Part shown: positions 48,470 through 63,201 of the stretch, in pieces
Numbering within the stretch: the first letter of the stretch is position 1
Layout: the number at the start of each line of letters is the position of its first letter
Assembly: GCA_050273025.1 (NCBI GenBank)
Contig: CP158635.1
Span: 21,824,001 to 21,888,000 of the forward strand
Source: Cenococcum geophilum
Lineage: Eukaryota
Direction: 5' to 3'
DNA: 64,000 bases
Translations under genes and position numbers: made by a program
Notes under the pieces: model-generated
Database searches by the model: none
What the model saw: only the letters and a program-made list of their open reading frames with translations
What the model was told of the DNA's origin: nothing

Positions 48470-49430
48470 AATTAGCCGCAGCTATATATAAGTCTAACGC
48501 TTTGGCTGCTTTATGCGTAGATATATACAGATCGGATTATACTGCTAAGTTAGAGGTATGGAAATCTTACTTAGGCTATTAGAGTAAGACTAGCATTAAC
48601 AATTAGTTATAGTATATACAGGCCTAGCACTCTAGCTGCTATATATATAGGTACGTATAGATTAGATTATACTACTAAGTTAAAAGTATAGAGATTTCAC
48701 CTATACTAACAGTTAGCCGCAGTATATGCAGATCTAGCGCTCCAGCTACTCTATATATAGGCACGCACGGATTAGATTATACTACTAGGTTAAAGGCATA
48801 GAAATCTTATATAGGTCACTAGAGTAGGACTAGCACTAATAATTAGTAGTAGTACGTATAGGTCTAGTGCTCCGACTAAGGTAAAGGTATGGAAATCTCA
48901 CCTAGGCCATTAGAGTGGGATTAGCACTAATGACTAGCCGTAGCATATAATCCGGCTGCTCTATACGTAGGTATGCACGGATTGGATTATACTGCTAAGT
49001 CGAAGGTATAGAAATCTCACTTATAGTCTATAAGACCTTTAGTATTCCCTCCCTTGTATACGCGCGCAATATACGGTAATTTCGCTTTATATATACTAGA
49101 GAAGTTTAGGTTTAACTCTTCTAATTAAGCTTAAAGAATTAAAGGCTTTACCTTTCTTACTAGTATATGGCTCTTTTAGCAAGCGCATAGTATCTACGCT
49201 AGATGGTGCATTTGTCTAGTAAATACTAAAATTGCTATATATTACGCGCGTATATAGGGGGGAAACACTAGAGATTTTATAGACTATAGGCTATTAGAGC
49301 GGGACTAATACTAGGGATTAGCTGTAGTATATCCAAACCCGCCCTAGCCACTGCTCTATGCATAGGCATACGTATTATATTATACTGTTATACTAGGGCA
49401 TAGAATTCTTAACTAGCTATAAGCGAGAAT
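48470..49430. repeat. About five degenerate ~100-125-bp tandem units upstream of the NRPS-PKS relic
   Basis: GATTATACT(G/A)CTA(A/G)GT...AGGTAT(G/A)GAAATCT...AGG..ATTAGAGT recurs at ~48535, 48665, 48775, 48880 and 48985. Confidence 0.75.
49024..49286. mobile_element. Tc1/mariner-type MITE (263 bp, ~70-bp TIRs) inserted at a TA within one repeat unit
   Basis: TA-TAGTCTATAAGACC...GATTTTATAGACTA-TA. Sister repeat units show the empty site AAATCTCACCTAGGCCATTAGAG. Confidence 0.8.
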
Positions 49431-51224
49431 AAGTAAGATATATTTAAGCGGCTTCTTATTAACTTTATAGTATAAGTAAACTACAACCTTTAACCTAGAG
49501 GAAAGATAAGTACTATTTTGGCTATAGACTACTAGATAGCGATTAAGCAATTTAATGCCACTAACGACACTATGAAGTTGGGATACTGTCTATACCGTCT
49601 TCTTTAAAACGCTACAGATAGCTACTTAAAAAAGACTGCCTTAATATATAGTAATAGGGAACTAACCTACTATGGTCTTAATACGCGCGCGAATTGTTTT
49701 GCCCGCGTCTTAGAGGAATAAGGTATTAGGTATAGTAACCTTATTAGCGTTACCTTAGACCGCTTTATTAACCTTATTATAGTGCTACTAGCCGTATTAA
49801 AGACGGGTGCCGCGTTTATACCTATTAACCTAGCCTTCCCTATAGATCGTATTAGATATATAACAGATAATGCCAGATTAAAGCTCGTTGTTATTAAAGC
49901 TAGTATATAAGATATATTATTATTTTAAAAAGGCGCGTGCTTAAATATAGACGAGGTTTAAAATAATACGGCGAACTTAAATATTAAGTAAAGAAACCTT
50001 AAAGCGGACGTAAGGGCAGAGGACCTTATATATGTAATATATATATCTAGCTTAACCAGAAAGCCTAAGGTGGTAGAGATTAGTTATAGGGCCTTATATA
50101 ACCTATTATACTTAATATAGCGGGAGCTAGGATATAGCGAAATAGACTAGCTACTTACTATAACGACCATCTATTTTAATATTATATTATTAGAGCTGTT
50201 CCTGCCGCTGCTTTACGGTATAATAACAGTTATAGCCTAGATATATAATATTAAAGACCTAAGCGCACTACTTGGGCTAATTTAGCGCTATAGCATTACT
50301 ATAATATAGGGTACACCCTTAACTTAGCAGATGCTACTAGAAATAGGCTAGTAAAAAGATCTCCGTCTCTCTAAAATCCTATATAGTGGTAATACGCTGC
50401 CCTAGCGGCTGGCTAAATAACTACTCCCCTATATAGAGTTAGTGTAGAATATATATAGTCTAACTAAGGTAATAGTATAGGCAAGCGTCTAAAAGGTGCG
50501 CTAGAGTTAGGAGGTAGTTATTAGTAGGCCTATTACTAACTATAGACTCTATATACTTGGTAAGGACCTTTTACTAGTGCTACTAGGGAGTGATGGCGAG
50601 CTATATATAGGCGGCGCCGGCCTAGCTAGGGGCTACTATAATAAGCCTAAGATTACTTAGTTGCGCTTTCTTAATAATCCCTTCTATAAGGGCCTTCTAT
50701 ACTATATAGGCGACATTACTTATTTTAAGGATATAGAGAGGCTAAGTATATTAGGTCGCGCGGATAGGTAGGTTAAGATCTGTGGCTATAGGATTAAGTT
50801 AGGCGATATTAAGGCCGCTATTACCAACTATAGCGATATATTGGAGGCAGTCGCGATTAGCAGGGATAATAGGCTTATTGCGTACTATATATAGGATGTA
50901 AGTATACTTGTTCCTATAGAGGCGCTTAAGCTAATATTTAGAAGTATACTGCGTCTATAGCTAGTTAAACGGCTACTAAAGTATATAATGCCGGCGTTCT
51001 TCGTTAAGATAGCAACCTTTCCTATAATACTTAATAATAAGATTAACTATAAGGCGCTTCTAGATCTAACTAAGGCAAAGCTACCTATTATAGGCTAGCT
51101 AATAATTAAGATAGAGTATAGTATTTAGCTTATTTAGTTAAGCGTCCTAGGCTACAACTAAATTAGTATCTATAATAATTTCTTTAAGATTAGCGGCGAC
51201 TCTATATGTATAGTTTAAGTATAA

Positions 51225-52179
51225 TAATAATAATAATAATTCATTGCTTAACGTCTGATTTGGATCCCTACTGGGCCCACGCGGACTACTCCTTATTTAT
51301 ATATGGGGAGAAAACTCTATTTAAGAAAAATGAGAAAACCCCGTGATCTATCTCCCCGCCTTTTGGGACTTGCCTGCTTAGCGCCTGCGAGTCGCCTGTG
51401 GTGCTCTACTACCTTACTGTTTGACCTCCTTAGAAACCACTGCTGCCGTAATAAGCCTACGGACGCGCTAGTATTATAAACTTTTACTCTACTACTGTAG
51501 AGTTACTAGGGGGCACCTGCTGCTTGCCCCCTTGCCTTCTATTATTATTTCCCTTGTAACCCGGAACTAATTTAGCATATTTTAACTAATAAGCCACTAG
51601 GTAACCGCCTTGAGGCCTTTTTTTGTTAAGAGTAGTGTATTATAGTTCTCTGTGCTAGCTGCTAAGAGCATTATTTCTTAATTGGTGCGTAGGGGGCATA
51701 GCAGTATTACGTGTTTTGGTGTCTGTCTTAGCTAGCCATATTTATATCTTAGGCTACCTACTAGAATACCCACCCAGTAAAGCTAATCTTTTAGTCCTAT
51801 TATTCCTGTTCTTAAGAGTATTGCTATTATATTTTCTACCTTTGTTAGGCCTTCTCGGAGCCCTTGGGTATTTACCCCCTATGGCGTTAACTATGCTATA
51901 GCTTGGGTTCGTCTTGCCTAAGTTAGCCTCTGTACCTTCGACTCCCATTTGCCTCTCTAGCGTTAGTCCAACTAGTATTGTATTACGGTAGATGGTTTCC
52001 CGGCGTTCTTGTGTGTTTTACTTTAGCTCCTTTCTCTATCTTGCTGTTGTCTTTGCTGACCTCTTGCGCGTCTCCCTTCCTCCTCTATATGGGCCTGGGC
52101 CCTAAAGCGGCACTATTCTTCTTCTGCTTTCTTTACCTGTTTCTCTAATATCTCTTCCCTACTTTGGGGTTGTTGGTTT
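51225..52179 (-). mobile_element. 5'-truncated LINE (Tad1-like) retrotransposon fragment
   Basis: (TAA)n tail at the left end. 16-bp TSD TATAGTTTAAGTATAA at 51209-51224 and 52180-52195. Minus-strand relic GLTK...AILLRTGIIGLKD.L....C.CG..RQTPKHVILLCP is the ORF2 C-terminal CCHC region. Confidence 0.85.
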
Positions 52180-55100
52180 TATAGTTTAAGTATAAAAGGA
52201 GGTAGAAAAGCTCCTAGGCTAGCCTTTATCCGCAGCTTAGCTATTTAAGCACTATATTATTAAGATACTAGCGGTATACCTAGATGGGGTGGAGAAGACT
52301 AAGGCTAAATATATACTTCTATAACCTTGTATATAAGATAATAAGGGCATTACTATCGTCTTTATGGCGTACCGGCTTCTCGGTAATGTAATTACGCCAA
52401 AAGAGTACTAGGAGCTACTTAAGCGCGGCGCTAACGTTACTAGTAACGTACTAGAGGACCGCTAAGACGCGAAAAGCCTTTATAATAATAACCTAGATAC
52501 TAAGGGAAAGTTATACTACTAATAGGGCGGGTTCCTTAGCTTAGTTAATAACTTTAATATATCCTTTTTTAGTATCTTACTAAGAAAGGCACGTGCTATA
52601 AACTTAGCCTAGCGCGTTATCTTAGAGACGTACTAGGAGGGATTTAAGCGTATAGGCTATATAGGCAAGTAGCTGCATAGTAGCTAGATAGGCGTCTATA
52701 TAGGCGTATATAATATTTTAGCACACTTATACACGCTAGCACTAGTAGATCTTAATAGGTATATAGTAATAGGCTTTACCGGAGGCACTATGTCCGGGCA
52801 TATCTTATATACGCTAGGCCTTAAGGGCCCGACTTTAATAGTAGACACTATATACTTGTTATTACTAGTAATAATATACCTAGTATATAATACGCTCTAC
52901 TAGGGTGAGTGTAATATAGTAGTGTCTAGCGGCGTAACGCTCCTACTTACCCTAGGTATATATATTTAGTTTAGCTAGCTCTAGGGTATATTAGCGGACG
53001 GGTAGTATTAAGCGTTTACGGCTAATATATAGGGCATAGGCTGGGCCGAGGGCTATATAGCAGTAGTACTAAAGCGGCTAAGCGACGCCGTCTGTGACGG
53101 CGACGCGGTATATATAGTGCTACGTAAAACCGCTATAAACTATAGGGAAGGAGCGCTGCGGGACTTATAGTGCCAAGTAGGCTAGTATAGCAGCGGCTAG
53201 TGCGTACGGCGCTAGCGCTATTAGGGCTGATGCTGGGTAATATTAACTATATTAAAGTATATAGTATAGGAATAAAGCTAGGCAATCTAATTAAGGGTAT
53301 AGCGCTAGCGGGTGTCTTTAGTGGAAGCTGGCCCGTTACGGAAGGGCCGCTATAGGTTAGCTTAGCGAAGTTAAACCTTAGATATATATAAGCGGCGGCC
53401 GGCCTAGTAGGGATGCTTAAAGTTATTCTAGTAATAAAGAATAATAAGCTCCCTCGGACGTTATATATAGAAATACCTACGTTAGCTATTAACTAGTATA
53501 GCGCCTATATAGCGCTTATATAGAAGAGCTAGCCCTAGTTATTAATAGTCGGCCAGCCGTAACAGGCAGGTATTAGCGTATTTAGTATTAGTAGGACTAA
53601 CGTATATACTATTATAGAGGAGCCGTTATTACTAAGTGTGGATTCCACGCCGCTATTAACCCTATTACCGCCTAAGATTCCATTTCTCCTATCTGGCTAT
53701 ACTAATGCTACCCTATACTAATAGGCTAAAAAGCTTTAATGGTATATTAAGAGCACGAGCAGCCCTAGATAAGATTGTCTTAGTAAGATAGCCTACTTGC
53801 TAGTAACCACCTATAGCCACTTTTAACGGCAACTTATAGTTATAGCTAAGGATAAAGCTACGCTTTTAGAGGGACTAGGCTTAGTTTTAAGCGCACTACC
53901 AGCCACTAACTATATTATGCAGCTACGCCTAGCTATACTGTTTACCGGCTAGGGTAGTTAAGTCGTGGGTATAGGGAAGGACCTTTATAAAGTCTACCCT
54001 ATATTCTATAATATATTAGACAAGATAACGTCCTACTTTACTAAACTAGAGACGCCGCTAATATATATAATATAGGCAGCTTCTAGTAGTAACGCCGCCG
54101 CGCTACTATAGTATACTAACTTCGCATAGCCCGCGCTCTTCGCCTTAAAGGTAGCCCTATGGCGTCTCTAAAAGAGCTAGGGCGTGTAACTAGATTTAGC
54201 GCTCGGCTATAATATAGGCGAGCTCGCTGCCGTATATATAACCAGCGTTCTAGACCTCGCTAATACTTATTATTTTATTATAGTATAGGGCTGACTAATG
54301 CAGGCCGTTTCTAGTTATGGTAGTATAATTTTGCTAGAAGCTGGTATAGAGGAGGTAACTAGAGCGATTTAGGTACTCGGCCTTATTAGTAAGGTTAATA
54401 TTACGGGCCATAACACGCTAATGTAGATGGTTATATCTAGTAATTCTAATGCAATTAAGGCTGTAGCGGTCTATTTTACTGCGTAGGGCTATAAGATAAA
54501 GTTACTTAATATATTATACGCCTTTTACTCGCACTATATAGATAATATACTAGGAGCTTTTTAGGCAGTAGCTAAGATGGTGCAATTTTACCTACTATAA
54601 TTACCTATAGTTAGCAGCTTAACTAGTAAGCTAGCTATAACAGGCGAGCTTAAAAAAGCTAACTATTAGGTCCGCTAGGTATATAGGATTGTTCGCTTTA
54701 CTAATAGCATTTAGATACTTTACTAATAGGGCGTTAGCGTCTTCCTTAAGCTAGGCCCGCAGCCTATATTAGCTAATATAGGTGTGGTATGCCTTACTAC
54801 TAATAGCGCTAGCTATATATAATAGTAGTACCTAGCCTAAGCTAATATAGACCGCTTTTACTTTAAGATTAGCTAGCAGGAAGCTAATATTAGTAATATC
54901 GCCCTGGGCGGCTTATAGGGTCTACTATATCCTACTAGGAATATGGCTAAAATATAAGCCTACGCGGTAAAGATAACTTTAGCATAGGCTAGTATTAAGG
55001 TACGTAAGGTTAGAAGTCTTTAAGAGGCTAGGGAGCTTTACGGTCTACTATATTTGTAGAACTTAGACGTTAACAACGTTATAGGCCTAGCGCGTAACTT

Positions 55101-55629
55101 AGCCGCAAAAGCGCTGGCGTAGCTGTAAACGGCAGCGCAGACTTAGTTTGCGCCGCCGCTAGTGTAGGTCACCCGCTATATAGTAGGTGCCGCTAGGGGC
55201 GACCTAGTAACGGGGCTTAGGGCTAGGCCGCTGTGGGGCCTAATACGCACCGCCTAAAGTGAACATCTAGAACTATGCCTGTGGTTAATAGATATAGATA
55301 TAGAGACGACCGCACCTAATGCCCTCGCCCTCGCCCTCGCCCTAGCGTTAATATTAGCAGCTAAGCCGGAATGCGCCGTATGCTAGGAGCTAGTGCTAGT
55401 GCTATAGATATAGCGCATTAGCCTAGTCCCGTAGCCAGCGAAGCAGCCACTCCTACGGTGGGACGGTGTGGTACTTATTATAGGTAGGCTTAGCAATCTT
55501 AGTTAGCGCGTAGCCCGCTAGCTGGCGAGTGTATATAGCATTTATAACTTAGTATTAACCTTACGCCGCGGTATAGCATCTTCTAGTACGGCCAAATTGG
55601 TAGCTATACTCGCTAGGCTTAGTACTAAG

Positions 55630-56055
55630 TGTTACGGACGCTTTAAGTACAATGTTACGACTACTTGGAGAAGAGTCGGAAGAAGCTAGTTAGTTAATAC
55701 AAGCACGGTCCAGGATGGAACCCGTGGAACCATGTGACGAAGAATAGTAGCCAAGGTCACATAAGGTGCTACGTAAAGAACGTAAGGAACAAAGGGAACT
55801 TACGTACCTTATATATAACACATACATTACGTATAAGAAGGATTTCATAGGAGTACGGTTATATATTTAAGGACCCTTAGTCCCTACCTAGATAGTTCCT
55901 TCCTTATAGTGATTCTTAGAATATAATTAGAGTTAATCTATTAGGTAACCACTCTACTAGTTATTATTACGTTATTAACTACTATCTTTACATTTCCTAT
56001 ACACCTAGCCCATTAATAGAACCCATTATAGTTCCTACTATAAGGTTCCGTTATA
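55630..56055 (+). repeat. 5' LTR
   Basis: Direct repeat of 63202-63627; differences are almost all transitions. Confidence 0.95.
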
Positions 56056-59000
56056 TAATTACTACCTAGTTACGGTATTAAATACAGAAAGTTAAATAAT
56101 ATACCACTAAAAGCAGCTACTATAACGCCATTAACGGCGGCAACTACTTTAAGGTTAGGGGGTAATACTAGTATAGCGGACACTAACTCGCAATAACCTG
56201 TAACAGTAGAACAATTATAAGAAATAGTGGATTAATTAATAAAAAATAATATAGTACTTAAAAATAGACTTAATAGAATCGGAGCAATAAAGGTTAAGTT
56301 ACCATTAATTAAACAATTCTTAGGAGAGAGATTAAAGCTTAAAGGATTTCTAACGCAGATGCATTTTAAAGTTATATAAGAAGGGGCTAAGTTAGCCACA
56401 ATAATAGACTAGATAGCCTACGCAGGACTATTCCTAACGGGTTAGGCACTTAAATAGTTTAAACCTTACTTAACAAAAATACAGACTAATAGAATAACTA
56501 CTGCCAATTAAGAGGTATAATTTGTATTTTCTAGCTAGGTAGGATTTACGAAACAATTAATATAGATATTTAGGGACCCGGAAGTAACAACTATAGTAAA
56601 AAGAAAGCTTTAGAACCTAATATAGCGAACTTTAGCAATTAAGTACACGATACAGTTTTAAACACTTATAATATAAGTTAAGTGGAATAATAAGGTGCTT
56701 ATAGTATAGTATAAATAGGGACTTAAGGCTAAAGTCTAGGACGTAATTATTCTAATGGAAGATGCGGACACCCTAAGGGAATTAATAAATTAAGCGATTA
56801 AGATTAATAATAGGATCTTCTAAAGGGAATAGGCTAAGAAAGGCTAGGATAGAGTTTCACAGTTATATAAGGCGTAGAGCGCGTAATAACCAAAGCTAAG
56901 TTAGAAACTATAGTATGGCGTAAAGCCAATAAACCTAAGTAGTACTAAAGAAGCCTATAAGAGATAGAGTAAGAAACTATAGAAACCTAGAGGTTAAGGA
57001 TCTAGTAATTATAGGACTAAGGAGCATAGGCTAAACCAGAGATCTTATTAGCAGAAGATGTTTAGGCGGACTCTATAACAAAGTTAGTAGTTTAGAGACA
57101 GAGCTTATATAAATTATAGAAAATAGGGTCATTTTATAAAGGATTATAAAAATGGTTAAAGTTACTATATAATAAAGGGAACTAGACTAATAGTAGGAGA
57201 CATATATATATAGAGGGATAATAGTATACTGCGTAAAATAAAAGAGTATTTAATTAGAAGTTTCGCGTTTTATTATAATAACGTATACCAAATTTATAAA
57301 AACGCCAAGTATAATATAAGCTATTGGCCACAAGAGCCAGAGTTAAAAGGACTTAGAGAAACTAAAGAGTTAGATAAAAAATAAAATTAACTCTATAAGC
57401 TGGATTAAAATATTACAGCAACGTATAGATAATAATTAGTAACAATAACAATGGAGTTAGAGTACTTATTAATTAACAGTAATAAGGATAGTAAAGGAAC
57501 TAACTAGGGGTATCTAAACCTTAATAATGTAATAGAAGTAGAGACTAAGACCGCTATAGAGTAAGGTTTAGTAACGGGTATTATAACACCATTAGACACG
57601 GCGTCTATCGCTTTATAAAACGGAAGGAGTAATATCTAAAGACGATTAAACAAGTAGACGACTACTAGTGCTAGCTTACCACTTAATAAAGGCAAAAGGC
57701 CACAGGCTTAAGATTCTTAAGATGAGATAAGAGATAACTAAGATTCTTAAGACGAGATAAGGCATACCTAAGGACCTATAACGGACGAAAACCGATAGAG
57801 TAGGGCAGTAGCTTAGTTTAAGAACATATAAATAAGCTTGGGATAAGAGTTTCCCACAGCATAAGATTCTTAAGACGAGATAAGTAAGATTTAAGACTCT
57901 TAAGATAAGATAAGAACACTACAGATACCTAGTTAGACTAAGGCGGGAGCTAAGCTTAAGTTAGAAGCAAGCTTAGGATTAAGTAATCTAAGGGGTTAAG
58001 AATTCGGAGTATAAATTAGGACACCTATAAGTAAGAGGTAAGGAGCTTCTTTATAGATTAAAGAATCTATAGCGTAAATAGTAATTAGACTAGGAGACAG
58101 ATATATAGACCTAGAGGACTTACTAGGGGAACACAGTGTTCAGCCTAAAGATTAAAAATTTAATACTAAGATTAAAAAGCATGGAGACTTTAAAGATCCA
58201 CTTATAAGACGCGACGTAAAGGAAACTATAGAGGAATTTAGAGTAAGAATTACCTTATAGTAAGAACAGAAACTAGAAAAGAGATTTAGCATATTAAGAT
58301 ATATAAAGGATAGAGCGCTAGTATAAAGGATCACTAATAGGCCTAGAGTAGGCATACTAAGAGCTAAGTGGCTTACTAAACTGGAACAAGAAGAGGATCT
58401 AGGGATTCCTACTAGGTTTAAGGAATAACACACTAAAGGCTGTTATAACGTAGTAATAAAGAGATATTTTCTTACGGACGAACTATATACACTTAAGCAG
58501 CTATACTAAAAGTGGTATAGGCAACGACATAATAATAAGTGGGAAGATTTCTATATATAGTTAGACAAAAAAGTTATCTAAGACCACCCGATTATAGAGA
58601 AGGCTATAACTTATATTAAAGGAGCCTTAATTATAATATTAAAGGATTTAAAGAAGCAATTAGAGGACTAGAGAAGTAAAAGATAAATCTTAGTACCCGT
58701 AAATAAAGTCGCAACGCTTAGATTAACATAAGAGAGGTTTAAACTCTAGAATAAAAACGAACCAAGAGTTAACCTAAGACATTAAGTATATTATACACTA
58801 TTATAGATAGCATGTGTAGATAATGCGTGTAATATATATAGAGCACTAAAGGACAAAAATTAAAAGTATCTAATAAGAATGTATTGGATAACGGACAAGG
58901 TAAAGTATTAAAACGCTAAATATATACATAGTTGGCACCTAGTAGAAGTTTAAGAATAAGGGGACTTAATACTTTAACTAGGAAGATTCCTTACGGAAGA

Positions 59001-62000
59001 ATGCCTAGATAAATAATAATGGTGGAAATGTCTAGAGAATATCTATCTATAGTATATTAAAAATAAAAAATAAACTAAGTATTGGCCTAAGTTAGACTAA
59101 GTATAAATAGGATCTAGTAGCTAGCAGTTAGGAAAAGTAGAGGCCTATAGGACTAAAGGGAACTAGTAGTAAAGCCTTAGACCCTTAAAGGAATTTAAGA
59201 ACAACACCTAAATTTATAAGTTAAGTGGTAAGATTAACAGTTTAAGGTATTAATAGATAGTAGAGCAATAAGGAACCATATCTTACTAGCAGTAGTTAAA
59301 AAAATAAGGTTACTACACCGGTAGAAGGAACATCCTTACCTATTAGTGACAATTTTAGGAGATCTAATAGCCTATAGAGGAGGTATTATTAATCTTAAAA
59401 TAGGACCTATTTAGTTAACTATTAAAGGAAGATAAGTCGAGATGTCTTTTAATATATTACTATTAGGAAATAATAAGGCAGTATTAGGAATGCCTTAGTT
59501 ACAGGAATACAATCTAAAGATTAATTAGGTTATAGGTTAGGTTGATATTAGGGATACTTAACGCCGTAAGATGCGACAATAAGCCAAGTTAGTATGGTAC
59601 TAAGTAGGAGCGACCTATAAAGAAACGGAAAAAGGGCTAAGCTATATACTAAAAAGATACCATAAGTATAGCAAGAAACTATAGTTACCTAAGAGTAAAA
59701 AGCTGTTAAAGTATATAGCATGGGACTATAAGATAGAATTGGAACTAGGAATAAGTCTAAGGTTCTTTCTAATTTATAAGCTTACCGAAGAAGAAGGGAG
59801 AGCATTAAAAGAGTTTATCTAAGAAAACTTACGAAAAGGATATATTAGACTATCGTAGTCATTAGTAGGATATCTAGTACTATTTATACCAAAAAAGAAT
59901 AGTAAACTAAGGCTATATATCGACTATAGATAGTTAAACAGCATTACCAGGAAGAATAGGTATTCTTTACCCTTAATTAGCAAAATCTAAAATAGGATCG
60001 GTAATGCGCAAATCTTTACAAAGATAGATCTAAGATGGGCATACTATTAGATTAGGATTAAGGAAGGCGACAAATAGAAGGCAGCCTTTAGGTCAAAAGA
60101 AGGACTATATAAACTATTAGTTATACAATTTAGGCTTATAAACGCACTAGCAATATTCCAGAAGCGTATTAACAATATATTAGAAGAATATTTAGATGAA
60201 TTTGTTATAGTATACCTTAATAATATTATTATCTACTTAATAAATAAGGAAGAGCACGGAGAACACGTTAAATAGGAAGAACAAATGCCAGTAGTAATTA
60301 AGAAATACGAGTTCTTCACCAGGAAGACCAATTTTGTTGGATTTATTATTAAACTAGGCCAACTTAGCATAGATCCAAAGAAGATTAAGGCTATAGTGAA
60401 TTGGCAAGAACTAAAGAATGTTACGTAATTAAGATCGTTCCTAGGGTTTTGCAATTACTGCAGAAGGTTTATAGCGTAATAGTTAAAGGACATTAAACTA
60501 TTTACGCGATTAATAAAGAAAGAAGAATTATAGGTATAGGGAGAGGAATAGTAAGAACTCTTTAAGAAAGTTAAAGAGTTATTTACCTAGGAGCCAGTTC
60601 TTAAGATCTATTAACTAGGACTAGAGACGGTTATAAAAATAGATGCATTAAACTTTATACTAGGAGCATACTTTATACAAAAGCATCCAGATAGATAGCA
60701 TCTAGTAGTATATTATAGTCGGAAGATAACACTACTAGAGTTAAACTATAACATCTATAACAAGGAGTTATTAGGTATAGTTACAGCACTAAAGAAATAG
60801 AGAGCATTCTTATAAGGTATAGAAAAACGGATTATAAGAACCTAATAGGATTCCTAATAATAAAGGAGCTTAACCAAAGATAGGTTAAATGGGCAGAGAT
60901 ACTTATAGAATACCATTTTAAGATTTAGTATACTAAGGGTACAGACAACACGCGAGCTAATGCGTTAAGTTAAAAAGCTAAACTACAAAATAACAATAAG
61001 CCATTAGGGGCTTTACTGCGAAAAGATATAAATAAACTAATTAGGTATAATCATCCAAAAATCATAATAACTTAAGAGAATAAGCTAGAAAAGGTCTATA
61101 AGACACTAGAAAGCTTTTAGGTATAAAGAATTCTAAAAGCATAACTAGAAGATCTATAGTCGGACATATACAAAAATTAAGAGGCAAAGTATATCCTAAG
61201 AAGTATAGCAGAGTAGTTTATAGAGGACTTCTATAAGGGACTAACTTAAGGATATAATAAAGCCACAGGCTTAGTGTTAAGACTTTAAAAGGAGTATATC
61301 ATTAACAGAATCTAAAGGATAGCTAGAAGGGTTACTAAAGAGTGTCTAAATTACTAAAGAAATAAACTAATAAGGCATAAGCCGTATAGAGAGCTATAAC
61401 CTATTAAAACACTAGAGAGACCATAGGAGGTTATATTATAGGACTTTATTATTAAGTTGCTAAAATTAAGAGACCCTATTACCGGATAGGATTATAACGC
61501 GATCTTAATAATAGTAGATAAGCTTATAAAGTAGGGATACTTTATAGCCTATACAGAAGAAATCTTAGCGGAAGATATCGCTAGAATCTATATTAAAGAA
61601 GTATTCGTAAGACATGGAGCACTAAGTAAAATTATATTAGATAGAGATCTAAGATTTATAGCAGCATTTTAGGAGGTATTCTTAGCGGAACAAAGAGTTT
61701 AAGTAGTAACTTTTACCGTATATTACCCGCAGACAAACGGTTAAACGGAAAGATTAAACTAGACACTAGAGTAGTATCTAAAGCATTATATTAATTACGT
61801 ATAGAATAATTAGGTATTACTATTACTAGTTATATAGTTTGCATATAATGCAACACTATAAAAAGGAATAGGTATATTACTATTTAAGGCGAATTATAGA
61901 TATAAGCTAAGAACATTATTATTATTACGTTAAGTAAAGAAAATAAGTAGCAAAGCTAAGCAAAAAATAGAGACTTTAATAAATCTTTATGCAAACCTTA

Positions 62001-63201
62001 TAGAAACAGCTAAGGTAGTATAGCAAAGAATAAAAAAGTACTATAATGCTAAGAGATCTAAGGGACTAGATCTTAAGGAGGGAGATAAAGTATAGCTACT
62101 ATACAAAAATTTCAAAAGTTAACGACTAAGTAAGAAGTTAGACCACGTTAGACTAGGACCTTTTAAAATTATATAGAGGATTTCACCGGTTACATTTAAG
62201 TTAAACCTACTAGCTAAAATAAAGATCTACCCTATATAGTATATTGCGATACTAGAGCCAGTATATAGGAATATTAAGCTACTAGTTTACGAGGCAGATA
62301 TATATAGAGGATAGGAAGAAGATAAATAGCAAGTTTTAAAGATTATTAGTTATAAGGACATCGACAATAAAATATAGTATAAGGTTAAGTAGATAGGCTA
62401 TAATAAGACTACCTAGGAACCACTAGAGAATTTAAAAAATACTATAGGAAAGGTATAGGAGTATCGGAAGAAAATAGGTCAGGTAACATTAATAAAGAAG
62501 GATTATTAAAGAATAAATTACCTAAGGGGGACCTAGGAAGAGCGACTGCCGAACTACTTAGAGTTATTCCCCTCACCATAGGAGGAGAGTTAGTTCTCTT
62601 ATTACCCAGTTCCTGTAGACCTTATTTTATAAGTTTCTACTCCTTAAAATAAACCTTCTTACGTACTTTCTTAAGACAAAGTAGACGAGTAGACGCCGTA
62701 ATGCGAGTATCCAGAGCCTTTTATTCCGCATCCTAAGAACACTTAAGTTTAGTAAGGGCCTATACCAGGTTACTATTAAGCTTTATAGTAGCAGATTAAA
62801 CATAAAACCCTATAATAAATTACTTAGGGAACTTAAAGACTATTAAGAGTTATAGGACGCGCATACTTAGCGTTAGAGGTAGAGCGAATATCGCAAGACA
62901 ATTAAATGTTTGCTTTAGTGCACTCTAAATAAGAGGAGGGTTACTGAGATAAAGGACTCGCTAGCGTAATATACACTAGCCCTTCTTTTAAGCAACGAGA
63001 ATACGGAGATGGCATTATTTTACTAAGCGATAGTATTATAGCAATAGTATAAGCACAACGTTGCGCGTATAAAGAAGAAGAAGCTTTAGGCATTATAAGT
63101 AATAATATCAACTAAATTAATTAGACGGATATTACACCTCTAGTAAATAACTTAGAGATACTAGGTATCTTTAAGGACAAAGATAAAAAGGAGGGAGATG
63201 G

